From: Chiloscyllium plagiosum
Lineage: Eukaryota
Length of the DNA: 64,000 nucleotides
Direction: 5' to 3'
Assembly: GCF_004010195.1 (NCBI RefSeq)
Contig: NC_057720.1
Span: forward strand, 15,970,902 to 16,034,901
The translations under genes and the position numbers were made by a program. Below, one piece after another: positions 38,701-50,410 of the stretch. Position 1 is the first letter of the stretch. The number at the start of each line of letters is the position of its first letter. The notes beneath the pieces are model-generated. The model was not told the DNA's origin and made no database searches. It worked only from the letters and a program-made list of their open reading frames with translations.

Positions 38701-40069
38701 TGTCACCCCCCCCCCCCCCCCACATTGGTTGTGGGAGGGTGATCAGTCAAATAGTTGAATTGTTTAGCTGGGTCTGGCGAGGTAGTCAGGAGACTGGAGA
38801 GGGCAGGAAGAGTTTGTCGGGGGTTAATCAGGAGTTTAGCTGGGGGCGCAGGAGGGTAGCCAGGGGTTTGAGGGGTGAGTTGGATGGGGGTGGAGCTCTG
38901 TGTGAGTGACTGGCGAATCGGTTGTGCGGTTACCCAAGAGCTAAACAAGGATTTTTCCACCCTCTTCACCTGGCCCTACACGTGACTCCAGACCCACAGC
39001 ACATGGTCGGCTGCACTCAAAGACAATTCGGATTGTGCATCAAATGTTGGCGTTGCCACTGATACTGGCACGCCGTCAGCACTCAGCATTCTTTGCATTG
39101 AGCAAACAGCACTGGATTAAAACATTCATGCTTCTGCAAGTGGCGACACTGTATAGCACAACACCTTTGCCAATGAAAGAGCGCAACTTTTTCCCTGCAA
39201 ATCTCCAACACACATGAATTTTCTCATGGCCCATCTAACCGTACTCGAGACCAAGTTGAATTTTTCTGCTAACCATACTTTGGCTGCTGAAATTACATAG
39301 TTGATTAGATAAATGGTAACACTTGACCTCCAGTCTTATTGTAAAGGATATAGACTGTCAGAAACTGCAAGAGACTGATTAATCATTTGCAGCCTAGATA
39401 TAAAGGAATGATTTTGAATGGTTCTGCTGCCAACGCAAAGCTCTGTTACCAGCATGTAGGAAATCCAGGGTTATAATGTTTTTAGCATTCTCTCACTTTA
39501 CTCACATCTAGCAAAGTTCCCAATCAGTAATAAGTGTCTTGCAAATCCATACTTTCTTTATAGCTCAGCTTTTCAGTGCAACTTCTGCCCAGTGCCCTGC
39601 CTCAGGTATTCTGCCATGGTGGGATTTGAGCTAATATCCCTAGAACATTTCCTGGGTCTCTGGATTAATAGTCCAGTGATATTTGATTATCATTTGTTAT
39701 AGAGCAGAAGGAGGCCACTTGGCCCATCATGTCTACACCAGCTCTCTGTAAGAGTGACACACCCAGTCACAGTGCCCTGCCTTTTTCACCTAAACCTGCA
39801 AATGTTTTTGCTTTAATAATAATCCTTTAAGAATGAAGCAGCTTCTATCACATTCTCAGACAGCACATCCCAGATCCTAATTGTTTGTTGCATAATAACA
39901 TCTTTCACCATGTTCACCAAATCAGTGAGGACCATGGTGTCTACTGAGTCCTGAATAAAAGCAGGAATATCTTTAGAGATTGGAACCAGGTGGATCTCAT
40001 TGACGAGGTCCTTGATTGGGGTTGTTAACCTGGGCCAATCAGTAAAGCCCTGGCTGACCAAGGGAGGCT

Positions 40070-40383
40070 ACTGCATTCAGGCAGCAGTGCGGGGGGAGTG
40101 GGAGTGCTTTATTTCCCCCTCCAACTCTATTTCGATTTAATCCCTGCCCTCCCCTTCACTGTTTGATCACACAGCATTGCCCTCTGATGTGAAGGGCACT
40201 GCTTGTCACTGGCCACGCGGGTGTTTCCTTTCTTCCTGGTGGTGGGAATTGAATAAAGATTTGTGCACCTTGTGTCTTTCACTGTGTCTCACACCTGCAC
40301 ACAAACGCATGGGTGCTGGGGAAAATATACTCACTACCGCACTTAGGCGGTACTGTGAGGGTAAGGAAAAAGAAAACAAGAAA
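40070..40383 (+). mobile_element. Tx1-clade LINE 3' end, copy 1
   Basis: Direct repeat of 40650-40950; 3' hairpin then A-rich tail. Confidence 0.7.
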
Positions 40384-40551
40384 GATATAACCAGGAGATT
40401 TAGAATGGCCTCAGTCTATGGAACTGACTCTGAGAGAAAAAAATAAACAGGGGACTTAGGTCTCTTAAAAAAAAATTACAACCAGGGAGGATACCACAGT
40501 TAGGAGGTAGTGCGGAGGGAGAAAAGAGTTAAAAAAAAATTAAACCAGGAA

Positions 40552-40952
40552 GGGTCACGGCCGATTACCTGCCCCTCTTCCGCGGCTATGTCCATGCCCG
40601 AATGTCTCTGGAGAAGGAGCACATGGTGTCAACCAACTCCCTCAAGCTGTTCAGGGAGTGTTGGGCACCACAAGGAGTGGTGTGCATTATTTCCCTCGCC
40701 AACTCTATTTCGATTTAATCCCTGCCCTCCCCTTCACTGTTTGACCACGCAGCATTGCCCTCTGATGTGAAGGGTACTGCTTGTCACTGGCCACTCGGGT
40801 GTTTCATTTCTTCCCGGTGGTGGAATTTGAATGAAGATTTGTACACCTTGTGTCTTTCACTGTGTCTCACACCTGTACACACACAACATGGGTTCTGGGG
40901 AAAATATAATCACTACTGTTGTTAGGCGGTAGTGTGGGGGTTATATAAAAAA
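40552..40952 (+). mobile_element. Tx1-clade LINE 3' end, copy 2
   Basis: ORF end LPLFRGYVHARMSLEKEHMVSTNSLKLFRECWAPQGVVCIISLANSISI* (TAA 40716-40718) resembles Tx1 ORF2 C-termini; 3' UTR, hairpin, A tail. Confidence 0.7.
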
Positions 40953-42525
40953 AGGGAGGGACAGGTGATCGTTTGGTGGTATTATTACAGGACTGTTAAT
41001 CCAGAAATTCAGCTCATGTTCTGGGAGCCACGATTCAAAGCTCGGCATATCGTAGTATAAGCAGGGGATTCAGAATCTTCTCGATTCAGGGACTGATTCT
41101 GAGCTGGCTGGCCATACCAGCATACAGTGTACATGTAAATAAAGGGTGACTTGGTGAGAGGATATCAGCCTCTGTGCAGTTATTTCACACCTGTACAAAT
41201 GGGAGAAAAATACAATCATTTTTGTATGTGTTGGCTATCCTTTAATTCTAATTGCTTATTAAAAACCTGTCCATCCCCTCCCTAAATTTACTCAATGTCT
41301 GAGCATCTACTGCACTGTGGGGTAGTAAATTCCAAAGATTTCATGACCCTTAGGGAGAAGGAATTTCTCCTCATCTGTGTTATCCCTTATCCTAAAGCTA
41401 TGACCTCTTGTGGGAAGAGAATTCCGTACTCCGATGGCATGTTCCGCAAAAATAAATTTCCTCAACTCTGTATTAACTTTTATTATGTCCCCTAGGTTGA
41501 CTCTCTCCCACCATAGGAAATGTCTCTGGTATCCACACTATCCAAACATCGAGTATGAAAGACAGAGAACTGCTCCTCACATTCAAAGTTCCTTCATCTA
41601 CTCAATCAGTGGAGTATTCTTCACCCACCCCTCTAGTCGACATTCCCAGAAGGGGCAAATCAGGACGCCAACTCAGTGTAACCAAATATAGCACTAAAGT
41701 CAGACCCCACTTGCACAGGATAAACTGGCACTTTTACACAAAGGTCATGATCCCATTAGTTCTTAAATAAGAATTTCCATGATTCACACTGTACTTTATA
41801 CAGAGCCATAAAGCCAGAGGATGGCCACACCCAATAGTTATTCATAATTTACAGCATCATGTCGCAAATTGGAAAACTTCCTTGATTATTATTATTATTA
41901 TTTGATAGTTTCATGCCTGTTATAAAACGGCTCCTCACCGCTACAAAAGATTTTGATGAAGCAGAAAAGCTTATCTGTTTGATGCGACATACTGTTTTTA
42001 AGCACGGAAGTAATTATATGCTTCATCACGATTTTATTACTTAAAGTAGAAAATAATGAGCACTTTCAAATATCATGACTTTGCAAAAATGCTTTTTAAA
42101 CGTCTTTAGTCTCAGAAGCACAGGTGAAATATATTTTATGCATTTTACAATGTAAAAAAAACTGCACTGTCGACATGTTCTGGCTCATTTGACAATATTA
42201 TTTGCATTTACAATGTAAGGGTTTATGGTCTGATTCAAATGTCAACGGATAAATATATTGGGACCTGGTCAAATGGCCTGCAATGAGTATTCAATAAATG
42301 ATATTTGATATCATAGAGACTGGGTATTTTACTTGCAAAAAAAAATTGTTTCCTTTAGAGAGTCTGAAAACTAGTACATCAGAGACTTAAGCACTAAATC
42401 TAGGCTGACTGTCCAGTGCAGTAACGGAGCACCGTATTGTTCAAGGTGCTTTCAAACTAATGTTACTTTGGCATATAGGGGGTGACAGGGACAGGATCAC
42501 TGCCAGAATGGGCAGAAATTTCAAG

Positions 42526-42738
42526 TTGAAACTTTATTGCTGGAACAGCACAGCAGGTCAGGCAGCATCCAGGGAACAGGAGATTCGACGTTTCGGGCAC
42601 AGGCCCTTCTTCCTGAAGAAGGGCCTGTGCCCGAAACGTCGAATCTCCTGTTCCCTGGATGCTGCCTGACCTGCTGTGCTGTTCCAGCAATAAAGTTTCA
42701 ACTTTGATCTCCAGCATCTGCAGACCTCACTTTCTCCT
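42526..42738. mobile_element. Perfect palindromic PLE-end/hammerhead dimer
   Basis: Identical 90-bp inverted arms 42523-42612 and 42615-42704; 13-bp TSD CAGAAATTTCAAG (42513-42525, 42739-42751). Confidence 0.95.
42610..42643 (+). ncRNA. Minimal type I hammerhead ribozyme motif
   Basis: UUC-CUGAAGA-A-GGGC-CUGU-GCCC-GAAA-CGUC-GAA; 3-bp stem I, 4-bp stem II, palindromic ACGU in place of stem III. Confidence 0.8.
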
Positions 42739-45700
42739 CAGAAATTTCAAGACTTTGTGCAGAAAACAGGCACTTGTAGAAATGGGAACACGGACACTGA
42801 TAGGGGGAAGCTAAAGGTACATTAGGAGGCTATGTGGAACTGTGGAAAATTCCAGGAGAAGATGTTAGTGGCAGTGGCCATTACCTTGGCCTCTACGGGG
42901 GGAGAATAGAGGAGCAGGGTGAGCATCATTAAGGTATAATGTCAATATTTGGTGACAGGTAAGGCAATTGGAGGAGGGGCTCAATGTGGTGAGTCTCCAC
43001 ACAAAGAGATGGGAATAACTGTCAAGGGAGTGCAAAGTAAAGAGGGAATTGAGGCTCTGGGATGGGAGGCGCATCTGATAACCAAGTGTGGCCCAGTGTT
43101 GATGGTGTCCACCATGACCTGCATTCCTAACATCACTTGTCATTACCTGGATTCAGAATGCAACTGGAAAATGTCTCAGACAACGTCCCATCCAGGCTTT
43201 GATGGGCGATAGTGTGGGATTCATGTCTACTGACATTAGGACATTGAAGGCGCAAATACATGAAATTTTGGCTTGCAAGCTCCCCAAGCACATTTCATCT
43301 GCAAATATTTCTTTGCATGGAGGGTGAACATACTTATCTGTCAGATGTTGATCAAAGGTAGATTGCACTATTCCTTGGGATTACCTAAACTAACACTGAT
43401 ACCTCAGTAATGCAGAAGTCAGTAGCAATAACTTCAAGGAAGTGAGTAGTGACTGAAAGCACCCCAGAATCCATGGGACTCGGGAAACATTGCAGAGTCA
43501 TATGTCATTTAAGTATAACAATGGAATCTAATTAATGCAATGGAACGTAGAACAGTTGCAGAAGGTTAGACTGCAGCAGGAATTCCTTTTTGGATGTTAT
43601 ATGTCGGTAACTCAATCCATGTAAATCCTTCACCAAGTTGGAGCGCATGCTGTAGACAGAGCTGTGCTGGAGCAGACAACAGTTCTGCAGTTTGGAGCAT
43701 TCTTGGGGGAATTCCAGTACAGTCAGAACCATCCTAACATGCTGTCCTCTCTTCAGTTGGAGCAGGGACAAGGCAATGTGATAAATGCTAGAGAGATGAG
43801 AGAACAGTTGTCCAAAGAGAAGGATGAGGACATGGAGCTGGAGGAAGAGTTCCCTGTAGATGGCAGAGCTCAGCTGCATGGGGCATTATGAGGCAGATAG
43901 GACCTGACTGACACCTGGCTCCAGTAGCTGGGTGTAGAAGCCCACCTTGTGGACAGGCAAGGTCAAGGTGTCAGCACTTGGTTGGCATTGTGTGTGCAAA
44001 CTGCAGTCTGCATTCATTTCTATTGTGTTCCCTTTTGCTGCCTGTCAATAAATGTTTAGACTTATTAGAATGTTAGCCTATATGTGATATTCCCCCAATG
44101 GACAATGTGTGTGATCACTGGGTATCAGGGACTCAGAGAAAGTGTTTAAACAAGGGGTAGCAAAGGGCAGGCAAAGTGTGTGGCCTGAAACTAAAGCAGA
44201 AATTGCTGAAAAAGCAGCAGCTCAGGAGAGAAAGCAGAGTTGATGCTTCATTTCCAGTGTCTCTTCATCAAACTGTGTGGCCTGGTCATTAAATAGTGAC
44301 AGGGGTGAGATAATATGCTCACATGGACGAGATAGTGTCAACCATGCCAGCTATCTGCCATAATCAGCATGGCATTGTTGCCAAGTGATGGGCAGCAATG
44401 TCAGATGGCCAATGCCTCTCTGGGTGCACAGCGATCTCACAACGATGGTGCAAGTGCAAGGTGCACTGGTCTTTCAGCAGATATCTGCTGAGCATCACAT
44501 TGCTCTGGAAATGGTTCATGCTAAGCTAGGGACAGAATCGGGTATGAGGGACACCATAGGTGCAGAACAGGAAGTTAAAGAGAAGTGGTCGGTAAGACAT
44601 GACGAGAAATCTTGCTAGACCTTGAGGTCAGAACCCCTCCAAAAACTTGACAGAACTTGCACTTAGCCAAAAAAGAAGATTCAGTCCAAAGAAACTGAAA
44701 TGTAGCCTCAAATGACAAACCAGCCCTTTACAGAATTTTATGATGTGTTCTTTCAGGTTTTACCAAGAACTCCTGGACCTCATTGTCGTGTTGTCAGCAG
44801 TTAGATTTAGCCTACTGGCTGCCTGTTATAGTCCAAGCTCTTTCCCAGGTTGAGGGCAGCAACAAGCAGATAGGGAGACCAGTGACCAAATGGGAAATGT
44901 CAGGGCAAAGACCAAAGGGGCAGATGCACTCTGGTACCAGTTGGTCAAAACTGAATATTCCACTTCATATTTGGGTAACAGGATCCCTTCAGTGTCCCAT
45001 TCAAATAGGGCACAGCACAGCTGGGGCAGTGTTTGGGACTCTCCCCATCCGCAAGCTGATCAGCCACCTCATGAGAACGCAACCTCTTTTGAGTCGACAG
45101 GTTTAGAAGGTGTCAGGCCTCTGCATCTGATTTTCTATGTCGTGGGCAAATGATACACTTTAACTGCAAACCATGGAATTATTGGACGAAGCAAAACATA
45201 AAATAATTAAACAGTGAAGAAAAGTGGAAACATTTGCCATGAAGGATATTATGAAGATTTTATTCCAAAAGTTGACCAAAATCTCGCAAGGTGTTTAAAT
45301 CAGTGAAACCAAGATACACGATTAGCTTAAGGGACTTTAGATTAACAAGTTACTCTGGGTCAGATGATGTATATCTGAGGAGTTCTAAAGAAGACTATTT
45401 GATGAGTGGAAGAATCACTGAGTGATTTTGAGGCTTTACAAGATTGGAAGCAAGCAAATATAGTACCTGGTCGTAATGTGGTTAAGAAATCCTACCTATA
45501 CAAAATTAGGCCCACAGCCTAATCATATAATATGCTTTTTGCATGCTAATTATAACATTGCAGAGTGCACCTAATGTGATTGTCAAATCGGGAACATAAA
45601 ACATGAAATGATTCTATCTGGATGTTCTGGCAACCCAAGCATTAACATGCAAATCTCTACTCTACTCTGTGACAATCTGACTACAGATAGTAAATTGAAA

Positions 45701-46299
45701 TAGCGCAGAAAAACATTTTAATGACTGTAGATGATCCACTTGACCTTCTTTAATGAGTGCAATTTAGTTTCCACTTGCAGTAATTGAAATAAAACATTGA
45801 GGCTTCCGCAATATTGCTCAGTAGGTTCATATCTTTGTGAAAAGTCTGCTAAAAGAAAATGTGCTCCATATGGCACAAAAAGCACCAAAATATTGAGTAA
45901 AAACTTGATAAAATGTGACATAGATTTCAAATCTCAATAGGAAGACAAGGGGTGTAGGCTGAAGATGTTTATCAACAAAAAGAAATGGTAAGTCTGTTAT
46001 TATCAAGAATATAGATAGCTCAGGAAGGAAAAGATCAATATCAAACTTCAAGAGGCAGGAGAAGAGGGCCTCTGGTTTTGGTTATCTCTTTTACAGGAAT
46101 CGCAAAGAGTTATACAAATGTAGGAGACCATTTGGTCAACTGGACTCAACCATCCTGAGAAACCTACAATCTGTCTGAGTTCACATCCTACAAGATACAT
46201 GAAACTCTCCAGATAAGTTAATACAGCACCAGACCTGCTTTTGCTGCCACATCTGCAATGCATACAGAGCTGTAGTGGCTCCCACCCTCCTATAAGGCT

Positions 46300-47050
46300 C
46301 TGAGAGGTGGACTGTCTATGCCGGACACCTCAAGGTGCTGGAGCAGTCCCACCAACGCTGCCTGCGCAAGATCCTGCCAATCCGCTGGGAAGACAGAAAC
46401 ACCAACACCAGCATCCTCGACCAGGCCAACATCCCCAGCATCGAGGCACTGATACTCCCCGTCCTCGATCTGCAATGGGCTGGGCACATTGTCCCCATGA
46501 CCGACACGAGACTCCTTGAGCAGGTGCTCTACTCCCAGCTTCGAAATGGCAGGAGAGCCCCAAGAGGGCAGAGGAAGCACTTCGAAGATACCCTCAAGGC
46601 CTCAGTGGAGAACTGCGGCATTCCCACTGACATCTGGGAATCACAGGCCCGAGACTGTCCATAGTGGAGGAAGAGCACCCGGGAAGGCGTTGAGCACCTT
46701 GAGACTTGCCGTTGGGTAAAACTGGAAGCTTGGGGAAAACAACCACATCAACGCTTCATCCACCCCTTCCCTTCTGGGTGAATTTTTTTTTTCATAGGAT
46801 CCCCCAAATGTGGGTGGCACGGTGGTTAGCATTGCTGCCTCGCAGTGTCAGATACCCGAGTTCAATTCCCACCTCAGGCAACTGTCCGTGTGGAGCACCT
46901 TCTGACCCCATAGTGCTAGGTGAAGGGTTAAATGTAGGGGAATGGGTATGGATGGCCTGTGGTCGCTGCATCATTCTGTACAGCCACCTATGGACTTACC
47001 GTGAGAGTGGAAGAGTCATCCTCATCGGTGAGGGACCGCCGATGATGGTG
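46300..47050 (+). mobile_element. RTE-clade LINE 3' end
   Basis: HQRCLRKILPIRWEDR..SIEA..LQWAGH..QVLYSQL..QRKHFEDTLKAS; ends with LYSHL and a GATGATG tail. Confidence 0.85.
46770..46955 (+). repeat. Inverted, internally deleted copy of 47549-47830 (SINE plus flank)
   Basis: Shares the flank CCTTCTGGGTGAA..TTTCATAGGATCCCCCAAATGTGG and the GGGTATGGATGG end with the neighbouring SINE locus. Confidence 0.75.
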
Positions 47051-47474
47051 ACAATGCAATGCGTACACAAAATGGAAGACTCATTTGGACATCATCTGTA
47101 CAGCAGTCAGGCCGTCTGCTTCAGCTTGCCCTAGAAATGGCAGCTGGGATCAACACCTAAGCCTTGAGATGTTCAGGGTGGGAAACGCCACAGGAGGGAA
47201 ATGACTGTGTGCAGCTTCCTGTTTCTCCTGACACCTCGTTAAGGATCATAACATTTAAAAAAAAACTTTCCTTCAGCTTTAACGTCCTTTGGTTAGGCCA
47301 CTGAAGACCTGCAAAAACTGTGCAGATCTTAACACTGAAATTGGAAAGGAGTGGGAAAGGGGAATCTGATTGTGGTATCGAAAATTACGAGAGACATAGA
47401 CATGAGAATATTTTCCCCATGGGAGATCTGTCTAAGGCCAGAAGGCGTAAATATAATTTGAGGAGTAAGTGGTT

Positions 47475-47790
47475 AAGATTAGATTACTTACAGTGTGGAA
47501 ACAGGCCCTTCGGCCCAATAAGTACACACCGAGCCTCAGAAGATCAACCCATCCATACCCATTCCCCTACATTTAACCCTTCACCTAGCACAATGGGTAA
47601 TTTAACATGGCCAATTCACCTAACCTGCAGATTTTGGACTGTGGGAGGAAACCGGAGCACCCGGAGGAAACCCACGCAGACACGGGGAGAATGTGCAAAC
47701 TCCACACAGTCAGTTGCCTGAGGCGGGAATTGAACCGGGTCTCTGCCGCTGTGAGGCAGCAGTGCTAACCGCTGTGCCACCATGCCGCCC
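47475..47790 (-). mobile_element. Full-length HE1-type V-SINE
   Basis: tRNA-like head (TGGCACAGCGG A box, GGTTCAATTCC B box), V-domain TGTGTGGAGTTTGCACATTCTCCCCGTGTCTGCGTGGGTTTCCTCCGG, CR1-like tail. Confidence 0.9.
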
Positions 47791-47809
47791 ACATTTGGGG
47801 GATCCTATG

Positions 47810-48065
47810 AAACAAATTTCACCCAGAAGGTGGTAGAAATGTTGAACGTGCTGCCTGAAAGGATGGTGGAGGCAGGTACTCTTACAACATTGAAGAAGCG
47901 TCTGTGTGAGCACTTAAGATATCAGGGCACAGTACCCAGTACATTGGACATTGGACATTGGACATTGTAATCGGACGCAGTGCAGGTAACCGGGATTAGT
48001 GTAGCTTAGCGTTTGTTGGTCGGCGCAGACATGGTGGGCCTGTTTCTATGCTGTATGACTCCATA
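47810..48065 (+). mobile_element. CR1 3' fragment (continues from about 47380-47470)
   Basis: NFTQKVVEMLNVLPERMVEAGTLTTLKK; tail CCTGTTTCTATGCTGTATGACTC. Confidence 0.7.
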
Positions 48066-50084
48066 ATATTCCTTTTGTTTTAATCTGTGATTCCTAATCC
48101 TTAATACACATTTATGTTGCATGCTGCACATGAATGTCCTTAAAGCTCTTCTATCTGTTGTCAACTGAAAATCTCCAGAGTGCTGACAACGCCAATTAAT
48201 CGACTTAAACTTGTCCTTCACTGCCTTAAAGTTGACTCTTTAAAGTTATACATCTCAGAATTACTTTTGCAATGCTGACCTATCCCAAATAATGTCACAT
48301 TTAATCATGCTCTGATTGTTCTTGTCTAGGTGTCACTATCTCTGTACCATCTGGATCACTTAACATTATCGGCTGGAAATATGAGTTACACCTCATGGCA
48401 TCCCTGACATGTCAGATCTAACAGTAATTCTGGACTGTATTCACTAGCTCATACTTTAAACTATTGAAGCATTTCAAGTCTGTATGATGTTCACTATAAT
48501 ACCTTACTTTGAAATCCACAGACACCTTATACTAGTGGCATGACAAAGTCTAATGTCATATGATTCATTGGAATATAACTTCTCGATTCGGGATTGAAGT
48601 TTTAAAACAGACGATAATGGAAGCACCTGATTGTGGAGAAGATGGTAAATAGACCTGAAGTAAACATCATTCAAAGGGTGGCTTGCACTTCTTCAATAAA
48701 GTCAGAGTTAGACATGGAGAGGCATCAAGCAATATTTGACGCCCTTCTGAGTTAGTTGGTGGAGACAACATATTTACAGTTGCCTCAGTAAGAGATTTAA
48801 TTATTCATATAATTTCTCACGTAAGAAAAAGGTTGGAAGTTAACTGGTAAGCATGAAAAAGGTTTTAAAGCACTCATACACTTTTCAGGTCAAAGGATAC
48901 AGTTCGATAAAGTGCGGATCTGGGAAAAACACAGCAGATCAAGCAGCATCAAAAAGGCAGGGGAGTTGATCTTTCAGCTCAGAAATTTTCATCAAGACTG
49001 TTTAGCAACATGAAATTCATTAGTTAATATCTCAATCTGGGATGCCTGAGGAATGCCATTAATCCTTGACTAATCTGTATTTTCTCTCACAGACACAAGC
49101 AGTTAATTCTAGACCTGGAATCACTGAGAAACTGGCAAAGGGAGAAGGCTTCCAGGATGAGTGAAGGATGAAGCAAGAAGACCATGCCTGAGTGAAGGTG
49201 TCCACATCAGTGAGATGCTTAAGGTGGATTCGAGGGTCATCTCTCTGGACGCTGGTGGGACGTGTGCAGGAGGTAGCATTCCTTGGAGAATAGCAGGAAC
49301 ACTGAGAAAAATTAAAGTGAACTCCTCGGGGCTGTGGCACAGATTGATTGAGAAGGATCCTGCATGAATCTAGAAATGATTGGAGCACCTTTGAATGGAA
49401 CTTAAACTAGAATGGGGAGAGACCCCTAGGGAGTTTTGGGATTAAAGAAAAAGCATTAAGAAAAGATTGTGTTAATTCAATAGTACGTCTTTTAAAGATT
49501 CACAAAGGGGATGTAGGAGTAGCTGGCTAGATATTTATTTCCTATCTCTAGTTGTCCTTGAGAAGGTGATGGTGAGATACCTTCGTGGACCACTGCTGTC
49601 CATGTACTGGAGGTAGACCTACAATGCCCTGGGAGAAGGATTTTTAGGATTCTGACCCAGCAACACTGATGGAATGGCAGTATATTTCCAAGTCAGGATG
49701 ATGATAGCTTGGAAGGGAACTGCAGATGTTGGTGCTCCCATGTATCTGCTGCCCCTGTCCTTCTAAATGGAAGTGGCCATGGGTTTGTAAGGTGCTGTCT
49801 AAGGAGCCTTTGTAAATTTCTGCAGGGCATCTTGTAAATAGTGCACATTGTTGCTACTGAGCGTCAGTGGTGGAGGGAGTGGATGTTTGTGGATGTGGTA
49901 CCAATCAAGCGACTGCTTTGTCCTGGATGGTGTCAAGCTTCTTGAGTGTTGTTGGAGCTGCACTCATCCAGGCAACTGGCGAGTATTCCATCACACTCCT
50001 GACTTATGCCTTGGAGAAGTCAAATTTAACCACTCAAGGATTCCAAGCCTCTGGCACGTTCTTGTAGCCACTGTATTTGTTTGG

Positions 50085-50410
50085 TTAGAGTTGAAAAGTA
50101 TGTTGCTGGAAAAGCACAGCCTGTCAGGCAGCATCCAAGGAGCAGGAGAGTCGACATTTCGGGCATCCGGCTTTCATCAGGAATGTTGGGGGGTAAGGGG
50201 TCTGACAAATAAATAAGAGGATGAGGCTGGGGTGGAGGGTAGGTGGGAAGGCGATAGGTGAATGTAGGTGGAGGTAATTGCGATAGGTCAGTGGGTAGGG
50301 TGGAGTGGATAAGTGGGAAGGAAGATGGACAGGTAGGACAGGTCAAGAGGGCGGTACCGAATTGGAAGGTCGGATCTGGGATGAGGTGGGGGGAGGGGAG
50401 ATCTTGAAAC
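50085..50410 (-). mobile_element. PLE 3' end with degenerate hammerhead
   Basis: Same terminus and purine-rich UTR as 5774-6090. Confidence 0.85.

Larger units (their letters stand above)
39972..41187 (+). repeat. Solo-LTR-like element interrupted by stacked Tx1-like insertions
   Basis: CCAAT box, TATA-like site, AATAAA, ends GTTATTTCA; homologous to 61661-62078. Confidence 0.65.

Noticed and set aside
8764..42738. Palindromic insertions as MITEs
   Set aside because: One-sided tail, variable 13-15 bp TSDs and identity to PLE ends fit retrotransposition rather than TIR transposons.
44757..45153. Open frame after a pyrimidine-AG site
   Set aside because: Unrecognisable translation; cannot be supported without RNA data.
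47720..47790. tRNA gene
   Set aside because: It is the tRNA-derived head of a SINE, continuing into the V-domain and tail.
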